Positions 1-12,300 of a DNA stretch of 63,760 nt are shown here, piece by piece; position 1 is the first letter of the stretch; each line of letters starts with the position of its first letter. The translations under genes were made by a program, and so were the position numbers. Under the pieces are notes generated by a model. That model was not told the origin of the DNA. It did no database searches and was given only the letters and a program-made list of their open reading frames with translations. The DNA comes from Paraspadella gotoi (taxonomy: Eukaryota > Animalia > Chaetognatha): the NCBI GenBank assembly GCA_051294375.1, contig CM119266.1:9122538-9186297 (forward strand). Direction: 5' to 3'.

Positions 1-2
1 AG

Positions 3-2689
3 GAACTAACGAAATTTGATACTGTCGTTTTGGGATACGTCGGTCTAGTGGTCGTAGAAGCTGGCATCATTATGAACATAATCGTGGTGGGAATTCTATC
101 TTGCACGTTCATCAGAAAATTATACTTGTTCATCGGTGAGTTCAGTTTGCGAATAAAGAGGTAGAAGAAACTAAGCCATGCGTCAAACACCAGACATAAA
201 TCTGACAATACGTAATCCAAATTACCTTTTTTTCTCAGGTCTTGCTTTGTCAGATATATTTATGCTTGGAGTGTGGGGATCTTATTACTGCGTCCCTTAT
301 TTACTAAAAGAACTCCCGTTTGACGACGACGAGTGGAATAGATGGATGGAGCCAGCGGCGGATATTTTTCAAACCATATCAATTTACTTTTTAGTTGCCG
401 TTGCCATCGATGCAAAACTTGGCGTAAAAGGGGTAAGATTAAAAAAATTTTCACTTTCAAAAAGTATACATGGTTTTTAAGCTTTTTTGGAATCGTACTT
501 TAATTCATATAAATATTAAGGAAAACCAACTTTCATTACGGAAAAAGTTACGAAATGTCATCTTAATACCATGTCTCGCAACGGTTGCAAACTTGCCAAA
601 AATTATAGTTCGCATCGAAAGGAAATTCCAAGAAAATGCATTGTAAGTTTAATGTACAGAAAAATAATTACCCAACCGGTAATTATTGTCCAATAACATA
701 CTATCTTTTGCAGATACATTTGGATATATGATTATACTATCAACTATTTGTTAAGATACATTCTACCATTCTTCATACTCGCAGGAGTATCGCTTAGTAT
801 TACTATTAGATTGCAACCGGGACAAGAGCTACAAGCCTTTTACAAAATGTTAACCACCCAGGGTCTGATTTTAATGAGCCTACTCTGCTATGCACCATTT
901 ATTGTGAATTACACAATATATGCAGCTAAAATACTCAGTCACGGTGAGACGAGCAACGAAATATATAAAATATAAATTATTAAAAAATTAATAAAACGAG
1001 AGCAAAATTGTCATTTTTCTTGATGACAGGGGAAAAGAGTTGGGAAGAAATATCGTCGGACGTAAGCGTAAGAAAATTCAATACTTGTTGCTACATGCTG
1101 ATCATTTTGTGTTCTTCAACTCGCCTGGTCATCTATCTCACTTTTTTTTCAACTCTTCGCCACTGCAAATGTAGATGCTTTTTTAACAAGGAAAAAAAAC
1201 TGGAACGCAGCAGTTCAACAAAGGTTTCCCCATTAACTTCTCTTGAATCCGGATCAAGACAAAAACACCTTTTCGATACAGGTATGATTAATGTATGTTG
1301 TAGGAAATGCAAAAACTTAAACGCATCAACAATTAAACATCACTACGACAGCACAAATATATATAAATTCACTAAATTCTTATTTAACATAAAGGATATC
1401 TCTTAAATTAAAATAAGCCTTTTCATTATCGTCCAACACAATTGCGGTTTCTCATAAAAACAAAAACAGTAATTCCAATGTGTTAGGCCGCAGTGACTTT
1501 ATTTTCACGTGTATTTCCTTTTGATCACATGATATGACATGATATGACTAAAAAACCTTTTTGCCGGTGTATTTGACATTCCGTCTTTTATTCTTTATAG
1601 TTTTAGGAATTCCTGAAGGCGTCGCAAGCAGTCTCCTGGATTTAAGGTTTTTTGTCTTAACTATAAGCAAATTATATGCATTTGTAACGTAAGTAGGACA
1701 GACCGACGGACAGACATACCCACCGACCGACAAGTGACTTATATAGTTGCTCCGCAAGTACTCGCGGCGCAACTAAAAAGCGAGGGTCCAGTTTAACTAC
1801 GTGCACTGTAGAATTTAACGGACATATCCTTGATCCTGCTTATTCCGTCAGCAGGTTCCTAACGGAAGAAAATTATGACAAGTGGCTCACAGCTTTTTTC
1901 CTGATATTTAACTTTAGATGGTGGATTTTCCTCTTACTCAAGTTGTCAAACCGTTAATGCCAAAGAAAGCTGCCGAAATTATCAAAATTCGCTAGATTCC
2001 GGGAGAAGTACTTTGAGAAGTTCAAACGATTGGAAATATTGTATAAATGATCCAGGTTCATTGATACTTTTACTCATTAGGTATTACGATAACGGTTACT
2101 AATTATACTAATCTGCACAGATTGCTCATCTTTGACTAGCATTGCGAGTCATAATCCCAATGCACCAACTGCTATGTTATATCAAAGACAACAGCCGATC
2201 CGCAACTCTAGTTCATCAATTCGTTTTCATAAAATGAATGAAAGATATTCCGTATCTCACACGAGTTTAGACACGAACGATAGACTCAGCAATAGGTACC
2301 GCAATTCACTGCCAAGAAGAAACCGGGGCTACTTAAAAACCCTCGGAGATTTATACTGCACCATCTGCGGACTTCTTATCAAAGACGACGTGATACATTT
2401 TATGATGGAGTGTCCCAACTTCTGGAAAGAACGCTCAGAATATTTACAAATTCTCTCGACTCTTGACAAAAGTCTTCTCAACATGCACCTCGGCCCAGAT
2501 CACAGGTAATGAAAATAAATGATGCTCACTTATTGATTTAGATAATTTTTATATAAATTACTAAATTTATATTCAATCAGGTTTGCGCTAATAATGAGGA
2601 GTAGCGACGATCGCGTCAAGCAAGAAACGACTGCTTTTCTCAAACGTTTGCGGCAAAAGAGAACGTTTTTGCTTGACTCAACTCTTTAA
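3..2689 (+). CDS. Divergent rhodopsin-like (class A, peptide-receptor-like) GPCR with a long C-terminal tail; 5' end outside the window
   Basis: Phase-consistent GT-AG exons at about 3-135, 239-432, 482-642, 714-943, 1030-1281, 1918-2055, 2121-2505 and 2581-2689. TM1 reads GIIMN, TM2 LALSD, TM3 end LVAVAIDAK, TM4 NLP, TM5 YILPFFIL, TM6 LLCYAP and TM7 SSTRLVIY. The 1281->1918 join is inferred from matching phase-1 splice sites. Confidence 0.75.
1690..1779 (-). mobile_element. Helentron/HINE-like non-autonomous element end (fragment)
   Basis: The minus strand reads TTTTTAGTTGCGCCGC-GAGTACTT-GCGGAGCAACTA, a T-tract plus hairpin, followed by GTCG/GTCY-type micro-repeats. This layout resembles HINE/DINE termini. 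It lies in a GPCR intron. Confidence 0.4.
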
Positions 2690-2939
2690 AACATCTTTTC
2701 GTATTTGATAATAGATCATCTTGATTTTGTTCAAATATTTTCATAAGACTCATTGAATGAAATATATCATTTATGGCGACTTTCGGTTGGCTCTGACTTT
2801 TTCATGGTTGTCTTCGAAAAAAAAGAGCGATTTCAGCATCCCACAATGACATTTAAAACAAAAAATCTACAATATTAGGTTCTGTTCTGTTAAGGACAAT
2901 CGGAAATATCTGGTAAAACTGATTGGTCTAAAGTTGGCT

Positions 2940-3268
2940 ACTGTGGCGGTATATACACACCGCCTCACGTCCATCATCCTTCAGCCAAAATCCATTGGCT
3001 CAGAAGGGGAACACACCATCCCAGGCGTAGTGTTCCATCCACAGTCCTAACGACTTCCCTCTGCGTTGGCAAAGCGGGTAACCGCGCCAGTGACTGGAGG
3101 CGTCACTGAGGGTCGGAAGCCCCCAAAGCCAACAGTGAGATGCCCCATCCCAATGGGGTTTATGGCTGTAATGACAATTACCGTACGGTACTAGGGTAGG
3201 TTGGGATGGGATTGAACGCGGTACCAAATGGCTTCACACCGGTTCACAACTGAGGGGACGGATATCTG
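2940..3268 (-). mobile_element. Putative tRNA-derived SINE, long copy
   Basis: A Pol III B-box GTTCAATCC lies on the minus strand (3209-3217) with a weak A-box-like CTCAGTTG upstream. The body is GC-rich with several stem-loops. Its 3' half is homologous to 8521-8642. Confidence 0.5.
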
Positions 3269-3365
3269 AATCCGAATCCCGTTACAAGACTGCTTATAAA
3301 ATTCTAGGCTGATAAATAGCCAATTAAATTCATGCAGTTGGCTTTTTATCAACAAAATAACTCAC

Positions 3366-6300
3366 CAGAGATAGTTCCGGCCGCTAATAAAGAGAAAAGC
3401 GAATTATGTCCGTTATCGTCGGCCAAAGCGGATTTGGTGTGGGCGTAACAAGGAAAGTAAATGGCGGAAAACGGGATATCGCGAAGGAAGCAAGCTCTAG
3501 CACCCTGAAAAAAAATTGAAACAAACAAAAGTTCAAATATCTGATGTTTTTTTTTTTACCTCTATCCAAAACGGATGTGGCTTACTTTGTATAACCCGAG
3601 AAATCCGAGCTCTCTCACTACGCTGAAAGCCGAGACACGCGGACCTGTCGTAATCTCGCCGGCCACCTGGAGACGAATTTTGACGATTTCCAGAGGATTT
3701 GTAAACATGACTTGCGAGGCGCCACCCTGTTTGAAATGTTGATTTTTTGAAAATATTAGCTCTGCATGGAATTTTATAATCAAACTCATAAAAATACTTA
3801 CACATCCGCCGGCAATCATCTCCCCGACAAAAGGCAAATTTCCTTTATTATACTGGCGAATTTTACTTCTGACAAGATCATTTGTCTAAAGTGTTAAAAA
3901 AGAAAGATCGGGTAATTAAAAATTTACTGCTCATATAAAAAGTTTGAACTTACCGTGAGTTTGATAGCCTTTTCGGGTGCAACGCCAACAAGTTGAGGTA
4001 AAAGTCCCCGGTACAGTCCGCGCAATCCTTCCCATTTCACGACTTTTACGAAGCAGTCAAAACTGGGAATTTGTGGGTTAAGTAGTTCTCGATTACATTA
4101 CAACTTACGCCGTATCCCTGCAGCTGGGTACGGATCCGGGTATGTAAAATACCTCCGGAGGCCTCAATAATACATTTAGCCAGTGGGTAAATGCGTCTTT
4201 TTTTCACAAGCTGGCACATTGCACACTAAATACAAAACTTTAGCGTCAATCAATTCTTGCCTATTTTTGTAAAGCAGCTCGCCGATCATGCCATGGCCCA
4301 ATTGTGGAGTTCGTTGATTCTGCATCCGCGTCTTGACTAGATCGATTGGATAAACGGCCGTCGCTCCCGTCGCTGCCCAAAGGAATTGCTTTGTGTCAAA
4401 TTGAACTAAATCTCTACCCAATATTTCTGCTTATTTTATTTTATATTACAACGCATGTAGTAAAGCAAAACACGCTCTCGTCCCTTGTTCTCAAAAATCT
4501 ATGGTTATCTTTTCTCTACCCAGCTTAGCCTTACCAAATTAAAATTGCCGACACAAGTTAGTATTAAAATGAAAAGCTTCTCCCCACTTTACATCCTCCA
4601 AGTTGGAGGCAACAAAAGCTTTTGACGCTAGACACGGAACGATAACCTAATTAGAAATCTACTATGAAATTAAATTCAATAGGGGTTCAAAACTCTAGTC
4701 TTGAAGTCTATTTTCAGGTAGAAAAAGAATTTTTTAAAAAAGTTCGATTTTAATGCTTTTATTGTTAACATGTTGCTATCAAAATTATAATATTATTATA
4801 TAATGATAAGAAATTTTCTTAATCAATCTTAACTTTTTTTGATGGATTCTGATAGAGCATAAAAAGTTAAACAAAAAATATAACTACAAATTTCAAAAAA
4901 CTTTGTTTACTTAGTTAAAATTAGGAAAAAGTAATAAAATTATTGAAAGATGATGATTATAAATAGTTTGTCATATTTTTCACCCACTTATGATTAAAAT
5001 ATCGAAAAAAGAATTATACTTTGTGTAAACAACCACTTGCAAGCTACCTGAACCTTATCTTAAAAATAAAAAAATCCTAAAAGAATTTTAGCCTTACCTA
5101 TTTATAAATAAATATTAAAAAATTAATATATTGAGTATTATTAAAAACTTTTGTCTATTCACATTTTTTTAAAAAATGTCTAAATTTTCGTTTGAGCAGG
5201 TTTAATTCAAATTTCTTAACCACCTTACTGAGTTAGGCTCTCCCTAACCTAATTGAGTTAATTTTAGTTTTCATGCAAATCTTATTATGATATGAGTAGT
5301 AAATTTCCATAACATTCGTTAAGGATAAAGTCGTAAGATTCAAAATCAGAGATCTTTTGTTTTCAGCGATAGAAATATAAAACGACTTCGAAGGTTTCTA
5401 TGGAAACAGCCTAACTGAAGAGCGAACTTTGCGCGAAACAAACAGACTCGGACAACGGTTAAAAAAATTTTAGTACTGTATTTAACGGCTGCCACTATGG
5501 ATGAGTATCATTCCGGAGAAGAAGCAACGTTTGTTGTAGATGAGGTAAGTATGTTGCTGTGAAATAAAATTGTTTTTCCTTAACCAAATTTAATTAAAAC
5601 AGATCAGTACCATCATCAAAGATGCTGTCGAGAATGTAATCGGTGGGAATGCATACCAACAGACAAAGATAAATCAATGGACGTCTAATGTTGTGGAGCA
5701 ATGCTTAAATCATCTCACCAAACTAAATAAACCTTTTAAATATATTGTTACATGCAACATTATGCAAAAAAATGGAGCTGGTTTACATACAGCGTCCAGC
5801 TGTTTTTGGGATAATGGGACTGATGGATCGTGCACCGTTCGATGGGAAAACAAGACTATGTATTGCATAGTCTCTGTTTTTGGACTGCAAATATAAAATC
5901 GAAAATATAGCAAGACGAGACGCTTCAATATTAAGATCAAACAATAGATCTGAACATGAATGTAGGACTATAAATCACCTCTCTTAAAAAGCTTTCATTT
6001 AAATAATACTTTTTGAATTTGAAAGCTTTTCAGTATTAATTTTGAAAAATTTTTAATCACAAAGATGGTTTTAAAAATGTCCTAATGTCATTTTATAAAT
6101 TTTTTAACAAAACAGGATTAACGGATATAAAGCAATCATTACGAATGGCAAAAAGTACTCCTAATTTTCAAATTTCAGTTTCATTCGGCACTTACTAGAT
6201 TTTAACACACGTTTCGACCAATTTATCTATTACTCAGAAAACACAAACTCTAAAAAATGTCTTCAGAGAGTAAAACACCAGAAAATTACTCTAGTAACAA

Positions 6301-9300
6301 TGATGACATGGTTCCCATCAGAGGACGAATCATTTCTCGACCAAATCGCTCGGAAAGTGATACATTAAGCTCGATGCGTGAATCAGTGAATGAAAAATCA
6401 CATGTTTTTAAAAATGAACCAAACAAATTACTAGGGTAAAGATTTATTTTATAATGCTTATTCCACAATTATCATGAGAGAATTTACTCATAATTTTAAC
6501 AATACAGGGATATCGATCAAAATTTGGATATTGAAAAACAGTCATTTAACAAAACTCAAAATGCCACCGAATTTACAGGTAGATATTCAATATATAAATT
6601 ACCATTGTAATAGATGCTTACTTTTGTTCAAATTCAGTCGTGTTAAAACAAATGGTATACACGATTCAACAACGAATTGTATAGTTTTCCAAACTAAATG
6701 AAAATCTTACTGAATATACCAGGTGTAAAATTGCCGCCGTTGTTTCCCTGTGCATGGAAAGTAAAAATTCCTATCGTGGTGAGCATAAAATTGATATTAA
6801 TCAAATGTTTCAATAAGTGCAAGAAACTACTTATAAATCATACTTTTTGTAGGGTGATCAAAGAGAAAAACCCAAAGAAAATTATTTTCCTAAAAACTTT
6901 ACCAACCTTAAGTACGAAAGTGATAAATCATATATGCCAAAGAAGTACTTCAAACTGATATCTTCAGACTTACAGTTTGGCAAAGACGGTAATATTTTTG
7001 GATTGCCTAATCTGGCTACAATTTTTATATGATATTTTTTTATTTAGTCATTACGGACCGAATCCCTAAGCTACTAACCTATGACATGAAAAAACTACGA
7101 TCCATATTTGATCCAACGGATATTGTTCGTCTCAATATACAATACTTAAGAGGTTGTGATACTCCTAGTAGTACATCCAGTATGTATTCATTATCAGCGC
7201 CCATTGGTCCAAAATGGTTGGTAGGCGCAAGCACAAAAGAAAAAAGAATTGTGGCGGGAGCAGTAAGCGCCGCAAAAAGGTGAGGCGCTTAAAACTTTAG
7301 TGACAGATATTAATAATAAAATTATTTTAAATATTTATTTTAAGAAAATTAAAAAATGGAAATCGTGTGAGAAATATTAAATTGACCCAAAGAAGTGAAA
7401 TAGACGCTATTGCAGGCACAACTTGGACAAACAAGACATTTGGAATCAATTCGGACTTGCTCTCCGGTAAAAAATATGTAGAACACAAACTGATAGTAAT
7501 TAATTAGTATAAAATTTCATATTGCGGCGACCTCGACCTTAATTCATTACTCAATTGTTAACTTAGGTGATCATTTCGAGGTTAAAACAGACCCAGTACA
7601 TGAAAATCAGGAGCTATTTAATAACAAAACGGCCAATTGGATAGCCAATCAAAATAAACAAGCGGAACTGACGAAAAAAAATACAACTACAGATGAAAAT
7701 TTAGAAAGAAGCATATTGATGCGAAAGCAGGTAAGGCAGCATAGAGTACGTAAACAACAGTTTCACCGAGCAATAAAAGAGAAACCGTAGCACCCATAAG
7801 TGTTCTATTACTAAAATTGCTAAATTGGGAACAAAACTACAGTATGAATGAAAATACGATTTAAATAAATCAAAACAAATTTCATAGGAAAAAACTTCTC
7901 AATCAAATGAAAAGAAAAACTATTTGCTTCATGATGAAGGTAAAGCAATAATGATTTTTATGCAGATTGAAATTGTAGAAAATTAATTTTTTTTTCAGAT
8001 TCAAGTTTCAAAAAAGAAAATAGGTTACAAGATATTTATCCTTTAGCTCCACAACAGTGGCTTGTAAAAAGAAATAGCGGAAATAAAAAGAAAATTGTGT
8101 GGAAAAAAGGCTACCCCGAAATAAGAAGCCCTGAAGATACTAATGAAGGTTTTATTTGCCATAAACATTAAAGACAAAAGAGAAGATTATACTTTAAAAT
8201 AAAATTTCCCAAGGACGTTTATACTGCGGAATGCGACGCTGGAAGTCGGAGAACTTAATAAGCGATGAAACGCCAGTTACTTCATGCACTGGAATCAGGT
8301 AAAAACTAGATACACTGAATAACCCGAACTTTCGCGAAATTTTTTAAATTCGTTTCAAGATCAAGGCACTCGGCTACAAAATCGAAGGAAGCCAGTTCAT
8401 CTGCAAAACAATATAAACAACCTGAGACCAGATTTTCTACACCAATAGAACTTGAGACGGATTCTGCAAGTGAAGACATGGTTAGTAATGATTTCCCTTT
8501 GGTTTTAACTTTTTTACTTTGTCAACACAGATGGAAGTCGTTAGGACTGTGGTGAGAACGCACAGTTGGTATGTTCCCCCTCTGAGCCATTGAGATTGGT
8601 TGAATGGAGTTGGAGATTAGGCGGTGTGAATATACTGCCACAAAAGTATAGAAAGTCAAAGAAAGAGAAAGAACGACGCCACTGATTAGACCCGTACTAA
8701 TTTCCTTAAAAGAATAGATTATTTTTGGACCAATCGGATCAAAAGTAACAATCATCTTTATTATTTTAGAAAAAAAAAATTAATTCAGTTTACGATATTA
8801 AAATAATTCTTTCGATTAACTAAATAGTAAATATTTAATATATATTTATTTATTTAGGTTAAAATAAGGAGAACGAAATCAGTCACGAAAATAGCCGAAC
8901 AATGGCGAGAAAAGTGGAGCAGCGCACAACGATGGGATAGTACAACAACAACTAAGCTTTTACAAGAATTAAAAGATGTTCAACCTCAATTACGTTTGCA
9001 AGCTTTAAACACAATAACACGAGCTGCTGAAACACAAGAAAGAGTTGTTGCTGGAGAAGATTCTACAGAATCTTCATCAAAAGATTCCTTTATACCAAAT
9101 CAGGTTAGCTTGCCTTAAATGCTGAATCGGTATTTTTATTTTCCACTCAAATTTTAGGTTACTGATGAGGTTGAAGCACTTTTACAAGATGAAAATGCAA
9201 GCGTTCGTCGGGCTGCCGCGATTTGTATCTTTTCTATTGGTAGTGGATCAAGTTTGGCAGAAAAAATTATGCGTCAGGCACTTTATGAAGCAAATAAATT

Positions 9301-12300
9301 AAATAGATGGACAGCCGCACGGATACTTGCAATCCACTGTGATGCGGATTCAGACGTAATCAACGAGATCATCACGCATATAATTGAAACCAATGATCCA
9401 ATAAAGAACGAACAGGTCTAAAGAATTAATCATACACGAATATTTGTATAAAAAAAGTTAATAATATTATTTTTATATTTATTATTTCAGGGAATGGCGA
9501 TTCTTAAAGATTTGTCTGCATCTCGCCATTATGTTCATTCGCTTTTGGCAGATAGATTAAATTCCGCCTCATGGCAAGAGCGAATAAAAGCTTGCCTTAT
9601 TTTGCCAAGTTTAAAAAAAAGTTTGAATAGAGATATTACAAATAAACTGGCAAGTTTGATGTGGAATGACTGGCACAAAGAAGTGCGCAAATCAGCGGCA
9701 CAAGCACTAGGCAAATCGGGAAACGGAAAAATAGTTCATAGTGTTTTAATTCAAAAAATGAAATCTTCAAAAGAAAACGTTAGAAACGAAGCCCTTCTTA
9801 CTTTAGGAAACTTAGGAATTGTTACGGGAAAAGTGCTACCGCTGTTCCTCTCCGCATTTGAAGATGAATATATAAGTGTGAGAAGGCAGGCATGCTTGAC
9901 GGCTTCTCAATTAAAATCAGAAGATGAGGGAGTTATGAATCATCTTGAAAACCTGGCTAAATTTGATCCAGACTGGAATGTTAAGGTTCACGCGATAAAA
10001 GCAATTTCTTCAGTTAATGCCAAAACCGAAAGTATTAAATCGAGTTTATTGTGGGCAATGCGGTACGAAGACAATCCTCAGGTACGAGCAGAAGCTTGTA
10101 AAAGTCTATTAAGTCTCAGGTATGTAGATGAAGACGTGAAGCAAACCATTCAAGACAGATTTTTAGTAGAGAGCTCAGAGTTTGTAAAACAAGAACTTCA
10201 GTTGGCCTTAGAAGCAATGGGTATTGAAACAACAAAAGAGATGGACCTCGTTCTTAGAATAAAAGGTGAAGTGAGAAAACTGGGTGCCCAAGAAAATATA
10301 ATTCAACAGCTGAACAAATTAGAACAGCAAAGCATATTAGAGAGAAATGAACAAAGATTAGCTGAAAAATCAAAATCTGACAACAGATACGAATAAAAAT
10401 ATATAGAAATGAAAGCAAAAAAATTCTTAGCCAAGCCACTCCTAAATTACTATTAGTCTGAATAACTTGGAATACGTAAAGTGTTAGTTTTTTTAACTTT
10501 CGTTGTTTTTTATACAAATAAAAACTCACCACCAGCGATGGAACCGAGAAAAAACCGATAAATATGTTCAGCAACTTGAACAAAGACAGTACGGTTCACA
10601 CCAACAGCATCCTGAAGAAGTATAAATAAATTATGTGTTAAAGGAAAATAAAAAAAACTTTATTTCAAACTGATTAGGCTTTCAACAAATTTCAAAAAAC
10701 TTAGTACCTTTCAAAAAAGATCTATACATTTTCGGTTATAACTAAACCAAATATTGATTATTTTCAAAACATTTAAAACATTCAAAACAACCTGTTGAGT
10801 TTGAGCTTGAATTCGGTAAGGCATTTTATCTTCTTCTAATGGAGCGATTTCTTCCAATTCCTTGTATGAAACTTTTCTAAAAAAGTAATATTTGCCATTT
10901 TACTAAACTTTCATGTAGTTATTATTGCACTATTGGCCGCATTCATCTTTTTCATCATTCTTCAAAGATTTCATTGAATATCTTTTACCCCGAGAAATTG
11001 TTTATGTTGGCCAGCTGAAACAATATTTCAACTTCCAAAGGAGTAATTTGTGAATATTGTTGGGCGCCATGAAGAAATTCCTCTGAAATTAGAAAAGTTA
11101 GGTTTATGACAATATTACTTTGTACATCATTACAGTTAACAATTAGCAACTTTTATATTAAGTTCGTTTCTCTGAGGCTTTTTGATGTCTCGCCCCGTAC
11201 ATACAATCTTGAAATAACAATAAAACAAGGTTAACATCAAATTTCTCAACTAAAATTACCTTTGGTAAGATCCCGTTTGCCCTTAGATATCGCAGTAAAA
11301 ATATTTTTGACTAATTCCATATTGTTCAAGAGAGAATTGAATGCTTGGAAGAATGGAAAACTAACTTGATGCGATGTAGTTCCTCCAGCAATCTTTAATC
11401 AATAAAGGTATATTTTTTTAGAATTAAATGGTTTTAAAAAAAAGATCTCTGCTTAAAACAGCCAATAGTAAACTCTCTAATTTAGGAAACGCTTTTTTTC
11501 ATTTTATAAAAAAATTAATAATAGTTTTATGTATTTATATATTTTAAAAAGGAAAAATTAAAAAAACATTTTTTTCTGTTAAAATTACTATTAACACAAA
11601 TCTTACCACGACCAAATTATCTCGGACAAATGGGGTCAGGAGGTGTTGCTTCGTCGTTTTCATGATGTCAACAAATTCCAAGGCTGGTATTAATCCAGAA
11701 TTGTCTGAATCAGCCCTTTTAAACGCCTGTTGCGCATGTTCTTCATGAAAATCCTAGTTATGAAAAAGTGAACCCGGGAGTCAACAAAATTTACAAAGGC
11801 TAAATAAGGTAACAAATTACCACTTACATGAATTATTTGACAAAACTCTGTATAAGTGACTTGACGAGTTCGCTCTTTTCCAAAATGCAGCTTGATAAAG
11901 TCACTATTAAAGTCGAAGGGAATATGCTTGTGCATATTTGTATGACTAAGAATAGAGTGAAACTCGTCTACAAAAAGTAAAAAAGAATATTTATTTGGGA
12001 CCAACATTTGGACTACGGATATGATATTTTTCAATAGCTTTTGCCCATTTTTTAAAATTTTTTTATAATGATTATCACATGTTCATATAGGTATAAGAAA
12101 ATGGAGCTTGCTCGAAAAAAACATTGAACCTAACCCCCCCCCCCAAATGATGAACTCACCAAATGTAATTGTTCCTGTTCCTTTTGTATCGAACATTTGA
12201 AAGGCCATTCTGTAAATAGCATCGGGAGAAGCAAGAAGAGCTTCGAAAGACTGGAACTCTTCTAATGAAATAAGCCCATCTTTTGTCTAGATGCAGATTG

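Noticed and set aside
3235-3265. Possible aralar terminal exon (DIRPLSCEPV*) via a CAG acceptor in the SINE head
   Set aside because: It has no similarity to carrier repeat 3 and would delete two TM helices; the upstream pyrimidine tract is poor.
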